A model generated the notes under the pieces. That model saw only the letters and a list, made by a program, of their open reading frames with translations. It was not told the origin of the DNA and did not search any database. Shown in pieces: positions 10,341 through 19,986 of a stretch of DNA of 64,000 nt. Numbering within the stretch: the stretch's first letter is position 1; each line of letters starts with the position of its first letter. Source of the DNA: Alphaproteobacteria bacterium (GTDB lineage Bacteria > Pseudomonadota > Alphaproteobacteria > UBA828); contig CBDCRW010000007.1 of assembly GCA_965221125.1 (NCBI GenBank), positions 192,001-256,000 of the forward strand, read 5' to 3'. The translations under genes and the position numbers were made by a program.

Positions 10341-10907
10341 TTAGAAGATACTGGCTAAAGTTTGGACAATAAAAGCAACACCAAATGCCATCAGAATTAG
10401 AAATGTAACATAAACAAATCTGGGAAATTCTCGAAAGGTTTGGAAGGGTACTTCTTTACCTAGTGCCTCACTACACTTTACGGATGTAATAAAGGCGGCC
10501 CGCATATTAATATAGACGCAATCTATAATCACTAGTTCGGATGGCGCTATTTTCGGAATTTTGATCATACAATCGCCCTTACCGACTGATACAAAGTCAA
10601 CTTGTCTAGGTTGATAGATATTGATATCCGTTGGAAAGTTGCTCAACACAAATTCGACTTCGGTAGCAGGTTTTCTTCCAATATTTTGTAAGAAGAACTT
10701 TTCCACGTATATGTCAGTAAAAGTATCCTTTTGGGAGTCTTGTGGATCTGGCACTCGGACTTGATTTAGGCTATTGTTCGCTCTTCCGTATATAAGTTTC
10801 ACTCGAGCCCTAAACAGCCAAGCGATGAATAAGGCAACTAGGGTTACCACTAAACCGATGAGTTGAGTTTGAAATGGACCAATAGAATTCCAAATTGAGT
10901 CAAGCAT
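10341..10907 (-). CDS. Hypothetical membrane protein (N- and C-terminal TM helices) on an AT-rich islet
   Basis: 188-aa open frame in AT-rich DNA, AAGGAAGG upstream, hydrophobic segments at both ends. Confidence 0.7.
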   Translation of the reverse strand: MLDSIWNSIGPFQTQLIGLVVTLVALFIAWLFRARVKLIYGRANNSLNQVRVPDPQDSQKDTFTDIYVEKFFLQNIGRKPATEVEFVLSNFPTDINIYQPRQVDFVSVGKGDCMIKIPKIAPSELVIIDCVYINMRAAFITSVKCSEALGKEVPFQTFREFPRFVYVTFLILMAFGVAFIVQTLASIF

Positions 10908-11357
10908 TTCTTATAAAGCCTTCCTTAGGGCACTGTGTGGGCGTGAAACGATTGTGAGCAATTCAACGGTTCATTGCCCGATTTTCCTGTGGCTCGAGGA
11001 ATTGGTCCGCGTGGTATCCATCCGGTTTGCGTCGTCGCGCTGCGTCCGAACCTCTGTCGAGAGCTGACTGCTCCAATACCAGATATTGTATCTCGCCGCT
11101 ACCACTTTACGCCAGATAAAGGGTGTGGGCCGGCGCACTGTCAGATGCGCATTGCCGGTCAGTGTCGAGAGTTCTCGGTCACTGGAGTTGCTCTCCCCGA
11201 CCGAAGCGCGCAACATCCGTGCGTTGACGGTTTCACCACTGCACTTGGATTCGATTCTAGACATGCCATGCGCCTTGGATGATATCGCTGCGCGCGACAC
11301 CGGGGCATCAGCGGACTTGAGATGCGCGATGGCCTAACCAGTCGGTTGGACAGCGAC

Positions 11358-12413
11358 ATGAGTGACATAGCCGCGTGGCCCGAGCGCTTCGCCGACGAGG
11401 CCGCGCTCGAGGATTTCATGAGCGCGCCGGACGAGGCGCTGCGCGCCTCCCTCGCGCGCGTCGACGGCGACATCGTCGTGCTCGGCGTCGGCGGCAAGAT
11501 GGGGCCGACCCTGGCCGGCCTCGCCAAGCGCGCCGCGCCGCACAAGCGCGTGGTCGGCGTCGCCCGCTTCTCCGACCCGCGCGTGCGCGAGACGCTCACC
11601 GCCTGGGGCGTGGAGACCATCCAGTGCGACCTGCTCGACCGCGCCGCGGTGGCGGCGTTGCCCAGGCTCCCCAACGTGGTGTTCATGGCGGGGCGCAAGT
11701 TCGGCGCCATCGGCGACGACGACCTGACCTGGGCGATGAACGCCCACGTGCCCGCCATCGTCGCCGAGACCTTCCGCCAGTCCCGGATCGTCGCCTTCTC
11801 CACCGGCTGCGTCTATCCCTTCGTCGACGTCCGCCACCAGGGCGCAACCGAGGAGACGCCACCCACGCCGCCGCCCGGCGAGTACGCCAACTCCTGCGTC
11901 GGCCGCGAGCGCCTGATCCGGTATTTCTCGCGCCGCCACGGCACGCCCGGGCGCCTCGTGCGACTCAACTACGCCATCGACATGCGCTACGGCGTGCTGC
12001 ATGACGTGGCCCGCAAGGTGCGGGACGGCGTGCCCATCGACCTCGCCACCGGCCACGTCAACGTCATCTGGCAGGGGGATGCCAACGCCATGGCGCTCCG
12101 CTGCTTCGAGCACTGCACCGTGCCGGCCGCCCCCCTCAACGTGAGCGGGCCGGAGACGGTGAGCATCCGCGCGCTGGCGGCAGCCTTCGGCGCGCGGCTG
12201 GGGCGCGAGCCCGTGTTCGCGGGCGAGGAGTCGCCCACCGGCTGGCTCACGAATGGCGCGCAGGCCTTCGGCCTCTTCGGCTATCCGCGCGTGCCCCTGG
12301 GGGCGATGATCGACTGGATGGCGGACTGGGTCGCGCGCGACATGCCGAGCCTCGCCAAGCCCACCCAGTACGAGGTGAGGGACGGCGTGTTCGCGGCGCC
12401 GACCGCCTCATGA
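11358..12413 (+). CDS. NAD-dependent epimerase/dehydratase family protein
   Basis: LGVGGKMG Rossmann variant, FSTGCVY, YANSC, RLNYAID. Confidence 0.85.
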   Translation: MSDIAAWPERFADEAALEDFMSAPDEALRASLARVDGDIVVLGVGGKMGPTLAGLAKRAAPHKRVVGVARFSDPRVRETLTAWGVETIQCDLLDRAAVAALPRLPNVVFMAGRKFGAIGDDDLTWAMNAHVPAIVAETFRQSRIVAFSTGCVYPFVDVRHQGATEETPPTPPPGEYANSCVGRERLIRYFSRRHGTPGRLVRLNYAIDMRYGVLHDVARKVRDGVPIDLATGHVNVIWQGDANAMALRCFEHCTVPAAPLNVSGPETVSIRALAAAFGARLGREPVFAGEESPTGWLTNGAQAFGLFGYPRVPLGAMIDWMADWVARDMPSLAKPTQYEVRDGVFAAPTAS

Positions 12414-13471
12414 GCCTCGCCTGGGGCGACGTGCCGGGGCCGGTGCGGGCGACGCTCGCGCGTGGCGTGGTGATCCCCGCGCACCCCCTCGCGCTCGACG
12501 CCGGGCGCAGGCTGGATGCGGAGCGGCAGCGCGCGCTCTCGCGCTACTACATCGATGCCGGCGCGGGCGGGCTGGCCGTGGGCGTCCACACCACGCAGTT
12601 CGCGATCCGCGACGCCGGGCTCTACGAGCCGGTGCTGACGCTCGCCGCCGAGACCGCCGACGCGTGGGCCGATCGCCCGCTGGTGCGGATCGCGGGCCTC
12701 GTCGGGCGCACGGAGCAGGCGCTCGCGGAAGCGGATATCGCCCTCGGCCTCGGCTACAACGCCGGCATGGTGAGCCTCGCCGCCTTCGCCGGCGCCAGCG
12801 AGGACGAGCGGCTGGAGCACTGCGCCCGGCTCGCGGCGCGCATCCCGCTCGTCGGCTTCTACCTGCAGCCTGCGGTGGGCGGCGTCGTGCTCGGCCCCAC
12901 TTTCTGGCGCCGGCTCGCGGCGCTGGAGAACGTGGTCGCGATCAAGGTCGCGCCCTTCAACCGCTACCGCACCCTCGACGTGGTGCGGGGCGTCGTCGAG
13001 GCCGGCGCCGAGGGGCGCGTGACCCTCTACACCGGCAACGACGACCACATCCTGCTCGATCTCGTCACGCCCTACCGCCTCGTGCGGGGCGACGAGGCGG
13101 TGACGGTGCGCATCAAGGGCGGGCTGCTCGGCCACTGGAGCGTCTGGGTCAAGCGCGCCGTGGAGATACTCGACCGCGCCCATGCGGCGGTGGCGGCGGG
13201 CGCGATCGACCCCGACTTCCTCGCGCTCGACGCCCAGATCACCGACTGCAACGCCGCGCTCTTCGACGTCGTCAACGACTTCCGGGGTTGCATCGCCGGC
13301 TGCCACGAGGTGCTGCGGCGCCAGGGGCTCATGCGCGGCATCTGGTGCCTCGACCCGCAGGAAGGGCTGAGCCCCGGCCAGGCCGAAGAGATCGACCGCG
13401 TCTCGGCGGCCTACCCCCACCTCACCGACGACGACTACGTGAGCGCCAACCGCGCGCGCTGGCTCGCCTGA
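12410..13471 (+). CDS. Dihydrodipicolinate synthase family (class I aldolase-like) protein
   Basis: [29 protein letters not shown] (Schiff-base Lys); ATGA overlap with upstream gene. Confidence 0.85.
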   Translation: MSLAWGDVPGPVRATLARGVVIPAHPLALDAGRRLDAERQRALSRYYIDAGAGGLAVGVHTTQFAIRDAGLYEPVLTLAAETADAWADRPLVRIAGLVGRTEQALAEADIALGLGYNAGMVSLAAFAGASEDERLEHCARLAARIPLVGFYLQPAVGGVVLGPTFWRRLAALENVVAIKVAPFNRYRTLDVVRGVVEAGAEGRVTLYTGNDDHILLDLVTPYRLVRGDEAVTVRIKGGLLGHWSVWVKRAVEILDRAHAAVAAGAIDPDFLALDAQITDCNAALFDVVNDFRGCIAGCHEVLRRQGLMRGIWCLDPQEGLSPGQAEEIDRVSAAYPHLTDDDYVSANRARWLA

Positions 13472-13503
13472 GGGCGCGCGCCCCCGGCGGCAGAGGGAGC
13501 CCC

Positions 13504-14658
13504 ATGGCCACCCACTTTTCGCAATCCGAGTTCGATCGGCGCCGCGAAGCGGCCGTGGGCGCGCTGAAGCGGCGCGGCCTTGCCGGCATCCTGCTCTTCA
13601 AGCAGGAGAGCATGTTCTACCTCACCGGCTACGACACCTTCGGCTTCTGCTTCTTCCAGGGCCTCTGGCTTGGCAGCGACGGGCGGATTGCCCTGCTCAC
13701 CCGCGCGCCGGACCTCAGGCAGGCGCAGCACACCTCGATCATCGAGGACATCCGCATCTGGGTGGACGAGGCGGGTGCCGACCCCGCCGCAGCCCTCCGC
13801 TACGTGGTGGCCGAACACGGCGGCGCCGGCCAGCGCATCGGCATCGAGCGCGACACGCAAGGGCTCACGGCCGCCAACGGGCGCAAGGTCGAGGCGGCGT
13901 TCCGTGATTTCTGCACGCTGGAGGACGCGTCGGACCTCGTCTCCGCGCTCCGCATCGTCAAGAGCGACGACGAGCTCGCCTACGTGCGCCGCGCCGCCGC
14001 GCTCGCCGACGATGCGCTCGCGGAGGCCGAGCGCCTCTGCGCGCCGGGCGCCTTCGAGGGCGACATCCTGGCCGCCATGCAGGGCGCGGTCTTCCGCGGC
14101 GGCGGCGAGTATCCCGGCAACCCCTTCATCCTCAGCTCCGGCCCCGACGCACTGTTATGCCGGGACAAGGCCGGGCGCCGCCGGCTCGCAGACCAGGACC
14201 AGCTCACCATCGAGTTCGCCGGCGCCTACTGCCGCTACCACGCGGCGCTCATGCGCACCCTCGCGGTGGGCCCGGTCAGGGGCGAGCACGCGGCGATGCA
14301 CCGGGCCTGCAGCGACGCCCTCGCCGCCTGCCGCGATACCCTGCACCCCGGCCGGCGCTTCGGCGAGGTCTTCGACGCCCACGCCCGGGTGCTCGACGCG
14401 GCAGGCTACCGCGCGCACCGCCTCAACGCCTGCGGCTACAGCCTGGGCGCGACCTTCGCGCCGTCATGGATGGACGGGCCGATGTTCTACACCGGCAACC
14501 CGCAGACCGTGGAGGCGGGGATGGTGCTCTTCGTCCACATCATCCTCGCCAACAGCGATGCCGGGCTCGCCATGACCCTCGGCGAGACCTACGCGATCAC
14601 GGACGACGGCCCGCAATGCCTGAGCCGGGCGCCGCACAACCTCGTCCCCGGCGGCTAG
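13504..14658 (+). CDS. M24 (Xaa-Pro peptidase/creatinase/ectoine hydrolase-like) family protein
   Basis: Creatinase N-domain YLTGYD, LRIVKSDDEL, pita-bread domain RYHAALMRT, CGYSLG, LGET. Confidence 0.85.
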   Translation: MATHFSQSEFDRRREAAVGALKRRGLAGILLFKQESMFYLTGYDTFGFCFFQGLWLGSDGRIALLTRAPDLRQAQHTSIIEDIRIWVDEAGADPAAALRYVVAEHGGAGQRIGIERDTQGLTAANGRKVEAAFRDFCTLEDASDLVSALRIVKSDDELAYVRRAAALADDALAEAERLCAPGAFEGDILAAMQGAVFRGGGEYPGNPFILSSGPDALLCRDKAGRRRLADQDQLTIEFAGAYCRYHAALMRTLAVGPVRGEHAAMHRACSDALAACRDTLHPGRRFGEVFDAHARVLDAAGYRAHRLNACGYSLGATFAPSWMDGPMFYTGNPQTVEAGMVLFVHIILANSDAGLAMTLGETYAITDDGPQCLSRAPHNLVPGG

Positions 14659-14804
14659 AGCGCGTCCGACTTAGACGGACGCGCGACAGGCCGCGACCGC
14701 GGCCCGCCGCGAATGCGGCGCGCCCGCGCAGGCATCGGCCAAAGGCCGATTGCCGTGAGCGATAAAGAATCAGAGCGTTTCCGTGCAAAACGGATACGCT
14801 CTAG
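14655..14804. mobile_element. MITE-like element with 14-bp imperfect terminal inverted repeats
   Basis: Left CTAGAGCGCGTCCG; right end reverse-complements to CTAGAGCGTATCCG (12/14 match); internal hairpins; no coding capacity. Confidence 0.6.
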
Positions 14805-14864
14805 ACGCGATCTCTCGACAGGTTGTCTGCCCGCGACTGCTTCTCGGAAGCCGATGTGAGATTG

Positions 14865-16046
14865 CTACCACTCGGAAGATTGCTCGGCATAGAAATGGTC
14901 CGGCAATCGGTAGCTGATGCCATCTTTGTCGAACATCGAAACTTCCAATATGGTGGTCAGGTTGCTGCGGTCTCGGAAACGTCCCGGTGTCACTCTCTTC
15001 ATCACACTCTCGATTCTGTTCAGCAGCCGGAACTTCCACAGGATTCCGAAGGTGGAACTCTTGGGGTATCTGAGTTCGTCGGCGAGCGCGTTCCCGATCA
15101 GTGCGCGCGAAACCTGCGCTATGTAGCCCGCCAACTTCCGGCGCGCCTGACTTTCCGTCATCCCGGCGAACAAGGGCGCGGTGTTGACCAGCGACGACGC
15201 GAGGACGATCGACTCCAGGGAGGGCGGAGGTTCGCACGCGCTGCCGATCTCGAAGACCTTGAGCGCATCCTGTTCGTCCCGGAAAAGAATGGTCTCGGGA
15301 ATACCCATCAGATAGCCGGAATAGCGCCACACGGCCATGAAGCTTCTTCGTTCCTCTTCGTTGAATGAGGCGCCAAGACTCTTCAAATGGATCAACAGCC
15401 TTGCCGAAAAGGCGGAGATGGCGAAGCCGACATGCGCCGCACTGATCGGCGTGCCCAATTCCTCGATATCCCACTCGTCTGAGTCGCTGAGCAACAACCT
15501 TATTCTGGCGTGGACCAGTCTCACCCGGATCGAGAGCGACCACCCGTCGCAATATTTGTCCATGCCGCCGGGCATGAATATCTCCAGCATGTGGCGGTTG
15601 TTCTGCTTCAGCCGCCTCATGCCCTGATCGCGCAGCCTGCCGGTCATGAAAAACGACTTGGCAATGTTCGTCGAAAACCCTTCCACCAGAACGCCGCCGA
15701 CCATTCCCGCAAGCACCAGCGGTGTATTCCTGTGAAACATGCGGCAGCCCGGAAAAAACGAATCCAAATCGACCCAGTCGGGCGGTTCGGCGTTTGACTC
15801 GAAGAATTTTCTGACCGACTCCGGTGCAGTGCGCAACGCACCCTCGTTGCCGCTTTCCAGGCCCAGTCTGATAAGCCTGGCCTGTTCCTCCGGCTCCAGG
15901 GAACGCAGGTCGGCAACCATCGCGTCGGCCAGCGGATCTCCGATGGTGGTGTGGGCAACGTAGTTGGCCGCTCTGTCGGGATCGACCGCCTGGCCCCTCG
16001 CGTATCCGTCGACATAGGCCGATGGGATAGTCTGCATGTCGATCAC
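14865..16046 (-). CDS. MpaB/Lcp (rubber oxygenase)-like heme oxygenase, DUF2236 family
   Basis: GDPLADA, PPDWVD, TGRL...RRL, RVRLVHARIR (heme His), GTPIS, WRYSGYLMGIP; alternative start ATG 16037. Confidence 0.85.
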   Translation of the reverse strand: MIDMQTIPSAYVDGYARGQAVDPDRAANYVAHTTIGDPLADAMVADLRSLEPEEQARLIRLGLESGNEGALRTAPESVRKFFESNAEPPDWVDLDSFFPGCRMFHRNTPLVLAGMVGGVLVEGFSTNIAKSFFMTGRLRDQGMRRLKQNNRHMLEIFMPGGMDKYCDGWSLSIRVRLVHARIRLLLSDSDEWDIEELGTPISAAHVGFAISAFSARLLIHLKSLGASFNEEERRSFMAVWRYSGYLMGIPETILFRDEQDALKVFEIGSACEPPPSLESIVLASSLVNTAPLFAGMTESQARRKLAGYIAQVSRALIGNALADELRYPKSSTFGILWKFRLLNRIESVMKRVTPGRFRDRSNLTTILEVSMFDKDGISYRLPDHFYAEQSSEW

Positions 16047-16104
16047 TCGGGCCTCGCGCCGAGCGGAGCATGTTCGATATTGCGGCCGCGCTGTCTCATC
16101 GACG

Positions 16105-16302
16105 CTAAAATGGATTTCCCAGGCGAATTGTGCCGGCGAGCTTCGCCATCGAGGTTCGCACGGTGTCCGGCACCGGCGCGACGTCGATGTCCCGACATGC
16201 GCCCTCGCAAGCCGGACGAACTGGAATGAAGCGGTTGCGATTCGGACGCCGCAGGGTTGTTTCGTCGCCCGACAGCCGCTCCGATGCTTCGGCGATCTTC
16301 AA
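16105..16302 (-). pseudogene. Possible degenerate MerR-type HTH remnant
   Basis: GGAGG then TTG: MKIAEASERLSGDETTLRRPNRNRFIP resembles the MerR N-terminus pattern. Confidence 0.25.
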
Positions 16303-16605
16303 CGTGGTTCCCTCCCGCATCTCCTGCTCAGGATGGATCGGCACGTCGCGATCGGATCAATAGACTCGTGGACGAGCCGTGGTCCAGTCATTTTGCCGAC
16401 CGGTCGGCTTGAATGCGAGTCTCGCATGGCGGCGTGTCCGAAAATGCGGGCGAGGAGCCCTGCACGAATCGCCTATATCCGGTATCATGTGGTACCCTTG
16501 AGCAACGTGATTCGCAATATTGTCCCGCTGTTGCCGTCACTGTCATGCCAGACACGCTATGTATGATCGCGCTTTGCTCCCACAACCCTTGCCGGAAGGA
16601 GCGCT

Positions 16606-17436
16606 ATGTTTCGCGACGCTCGAAACTGCGCAAAGGGACGTAAGGCCATGGCAACGAGCTGGCGGATTGGCGCCTTGCGAGCAGTCGCGGTGAAGTCCGC
16701 GCGCGTGGCCTGCGTGGCGGCAGCATCGATGCTCCCGCTGGTCGCAACCGCAGAGGCTCAGTCGATCGACGAAGCGCGTACTGCCTATGCCGAGGGTCGC
16801 TTCCTGGAGGCCGCCCAACTCGCCGAATCCCTCGGTACCTCCGAAGGCTTTGCGTTGGCGTCGAAGTCGGTAACGGTCCAAGCCTATTACGTCTCCGCAG
16901 ATGACGAGAAGGATGGCCTGTTCGAACGTGCCCTGGCATTGGCGCAGGAGGCGGTCCGATCCGACCCGGACGATCCGCAAGCCCATATCCAATTGTCGCA
17001 TGTCATGGGCCGGCACGGTCTGACGATCGGCGTAGTGGAATCGGCTTCCAAGGGATATGCCGACAAGATACGAGACGCGGTCGAGGCTGCGCTTCGCTTG
17101 AGCCCCGAGATGCCGGAGGCCCATTTGAGCATGGGCATGTGGCACTCGGTAGTTGTCTCCAGCCTTGGATCCTTCATGGCGGACATGATGTTCGGCGCCG
17201 ATGAGGACGAAGCCATCGAGTTTTACGAACGGGCCCTCAAGGGTGCGCCCGAGGAAAAGATCGTGCCTCTGGAGTACGCAATCGGCTTGCTGGATCTCGA
17301 TGACGACGATTACCGCGAACAGGCGCGCAAGCTGCTCCAACGGGCGATCGAATTGCCGGTCAAGGACGCCTACGACGACCTTGTTCACCAGAAGGCGGTC
17401 GAGACTCTCGCGGCGCTCGACTCCAGCGGCGACTGA
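16606..17436 (+). CDS. Exported TPR-like helical repeat protein
   Basis: AAGGAG SD; signal-like segment ending AEA-Q; TPR-like units (ALALAQEAVRSDPDDPQAH, AALRLSPEMPEAH, AIEFYERALKGAPE). Confidence 0.78.
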   Translation: MFRDARNCAKGRKAMATSWRIGALRAVAVKSARVACVAAASMLPLVATAEAQSIDEARTAYAEGRFLEAAQLAESLGTSEGFALASKSVTVQAYYVSADDEKDGLFERALALAQEAVRSDPDDPQAHIQLSHVMGRHGLTIGVVESASKGYADKIRDAVEAALRLSPEMPEAHLSMGMWHSVVVSSLGSFMADMMFGADEDEAIEFYERALKGAPEEKIVPLEYAIGLLDLDDDDYREQARKLLQRAIELPVKDAYDDLVHQKAVETLAALDSSGD

Positions 17437-17697
17437 AGCGGGTCCGGCAGTGGTGCCGTTGGCGGCGTTGTTGTGGGAGAACGGCGGGGCAGGTCCGCGT
17501 TGCCGGTTGCCGAATAACGTGAAAGACTGGACGTCAAACAAGCGGTCGCCCGTGATCTGTTCGAGACTCCCAAATCGAGGCAACGGTCGGACCGAAAGAC
17601 GGCATGCGCCGTTGCGGCCGGCGGGGGCGTCGGCGGCAATTGCGGTTGGTGCGAGCCGGGCACGTCATCCCCGTGCTGTGCGGACAAGGGTTGAGCT

Positions 17698-19986
17698 GTG
17701 ACCGAATTCATGGAGCGCTATATCGCCGTCGTTTTGACGCGTCGCTGGCTTATCGTCTTGGTGGCCGGCCCGATCATGCTGGCGATGACGGCGGGCGTTC
17801 AATACATCACCATCACGAATGATTACCGCAGCCTTTTCGAGGACGACAATCCCCAGCTCCTCGCATTCGATGCGCTGGAGAATACCTATTCTGCGTCCAA
17901 CCTCGCGCTCATTGCCGTGGCACCGGGGCAAGGCTCGGTGTTCACCCGGGAGGCGCTCGGCGCCATAGAGGAGCTGAGCGAGGCCGCCTGGGGCGCGCCC
18001 CACTCCATTCGGGTCGATTCGCTCACGAATTACTCCCATAGCGAGGCGTTCGAGGACGATCTGATTGTCGAGCCGCTCGTCATCGGCGCGCAGGACTTGA
18101 GCGATGACGAACTGGCGCAGGTCGAGGCCGTCGCGCTCAACTCTCCCGATCTGGCCGGGCGGCTGGTGGCGTATGACGGGCAAGTCGGCGGCGTGGCCAT
18201 CACCTTCGCCCTGCCCGACAACCCGGACGAGGCGGTGGTCGAGATTACCGACTACCTGAACGGCGTCCTGGCGGAAGCTCGCGCGGAGCATCCGGCCCTC
18301 GCCTACTACCTGACCGGCGACGTCGTCTTGAACCGCGCGTTCTCCGACGCCACCAAGAATGACCTCGTGACCTTCGCGCCGATCGTGCTCCTGGTCATCG
18401 TCGTGGTCACGGTCGCACTCTTGCGCTCGGCTCTCGGCACGCTCGCCATCATCGGCGTTCTGGGATTCATCATTAACACCACCATGGGGTTCGCGGGCTG
18501 GATCGGCACGGTGCTCAACCCCGCGAATTCGGGTGTGGCGATCATCGTCATGACGATCGCCATCGCCCACTCGGTTCATATCGTCACCGCCGTGCTATCG
18601 GGGCTGAGGCGCGGGCTGAGCAAGGAGGAAGCGATCGCTGCGTCCCTTCGCAGCAACGCCTATCCGGTGCTTCTTACGACCGTCACGACGGCAATCGGCT
18701 TTCTCAGCCTCAATTCCTCGGATTCGCCTGCCTTCCATGTTCTGGGAAATCTGGTGGCCTTCGGCGTCGTCTGCGCGTTCATCTATTCGATGACGCTCTT
18801 GCCGGCAGTGCTGTGCATCCTGCCGTTGCGTGCCCGCTCCGCCAGGAGCAGGCAGGCGGAGTTCTTCGAGCGCTTCGGCGCATTCGTCGTCGCGCGTCGG
18901 CGCTATCTATTCTTGGTCATGTGCCTCGTGGTTGCTGTCCTGGCCGCCGGTATCCCCCGAATCGAGCTGACCGACAACTGGACGCGGTATCTCGACGACC
19001 GTTACGAATTCCGGCGCAATACCGATTTCGTCATCGAGAATCTCACCGGCATGGAGACGCTGGAGTACTCGCTGAAAAGCGGGGGCGAAGGCGGCATCAC
19101 CGACCCCGAGTACATGAGCAAAGTCGAGGCGTTCGCAGAATGGTACCGCGATCAGCCCGAAGTGACTCATGTTCAGGCGTTCCCGGACATCATGAAGCGC
19201 CTGAACAAGAACATGCACGGGGACGATCCCGAATTCTATCGATTGCCGGACGATCCGGAATTGGCGGCGCAGTACCTGCTGCTTTACGAGCTCTCGCTCC
19301 CGTTCGGAAGCGACCTCAACAACCGCATCGACGTCGCCAAGTCCGCCACCCGACTGACCGTCGTGCTCCGCAGCTTGTCGGCACGAGAGCAGCGCGAGCT
19401 CGATGCACGCGCGCAGGCCTGGCTTGGCTCGAATGCGCCCAGTCTTCTCACGGAGGCATCGGGCGTGAGCATCGTCTTCGCTAACCTTTCGCAACGTAAC
19501 ATCGACAGCATGCTGGTCGGCACGCTCATAGCCATGGGGCTCATTTCGTTGATTCTGCTTCTGGTCTTCAGGAACGTGCGCCTCGGGCTTCTCAGCCTGA
19601 TACCCAACCTGATTCCCCTGGTGATGAGCTTCGGCCTGTGGGGCTATCTGGTCGGCCGTGTCGGTCTTGCGGCTTCCGTGGTCGCGGCGATGGCCTTCGG
19701 CATCATCGTGGACGACACGATCCACTTCCTCAGCAAGTACATGAAGGCACGCCGAGAGGGGAAGTCGCCGTCGGAAGCGGTGCGCTACACCTTCCGCATC
19801 GTGGGGCAGGCGCTGTGGACAACGACCGCGGTTCTGTCGGCCGGTTTTCTGGTGTTCGCGTCGTCCGGATTCGAGGTGAGCTGGTCGCTCGGCCTGCTGG
19901 TGACTCTCACCATTGTACTGGCGTTATTGGCGGACTTCCTGCTGCTGCCGCCTCTGCTAATGCTCATCGATCGGAAAAAGCCATGA
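17698..19986 (+). CDS. MMPL/RND family lipid transporter
   Basis: Duplicated 1+5 TM architecture, LTTVTTAIGFLSL, GIIVDDTIHF, LLLPPLL. Confidence 0.9.
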   Translation: MTEFMERYIAVVLTRRWLIVLVAGPIMLAMTAGVQYITITNDYRSLFEDDNPQLLAFDALENTYSASNLALIAVAPGQGSVFTREALGAIEELSEAAWGAPHSIRVDSLTNYSHSEAFEDDLIVEPLVIGAQDLSDDELAQVEAVALNSPDLAGRLVAYDGQVGGVAITFALPDNPDEAVVEITDYLNGVLAEARAEHPALAYYLTGDVVLNRAFSDATKNDLVTFAPIVLLVIVVVTVALLRSALGTLAIIGVLGFIINTTMGFAGWIGTVLNPANSGVAIIVMTIAIAHSVHIVTAVLSGLRRGLSKEEAIAASLRSNAYPVLLTTVTTAIGFLSLNSSDSPAFHVLGNLVAFGVVCAFIYSMTLLPAVLCILPLRARSARSRQAEFFERFGAFVVARRRYLFLVMCLVVAVLAAGIPRIELTDNWTRYLDDRYEFRRNTDFVIENLTGMETLEYSLKSGGEGGITDPEYMSKVEAFAEWYRDQPEVTHVQAFPDIMKRLNKNMHGDDPEFYRLPDDPELAAQYLLLYELSLPFGSDLNNRIDVAKSATRLTVVLRSLSAREQRELDARAQAWLGSNAPSLLTEASGVSIVFANLSQRNIDSMLVGTLIAMGLISLILLLVFRNVRLGLLSLIPNLIPLVMSFGLWGYLVGRVGLAASVVAAMAFGIIVDDTIHFLSKYMKARREGKSPSEAVRYTFRIVGQALWTTTAVLSAGFLVFASSGFEVSWSLGLLVTLTIVLALLADFLLLPPLLMLIDRKKP

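Noticed and set aside
10971-11337. Short ORFs in the islet's upstream region
   Set aside because: Overlapping on both strands with no motifs or SD; probably non-coding or decayed DNA.
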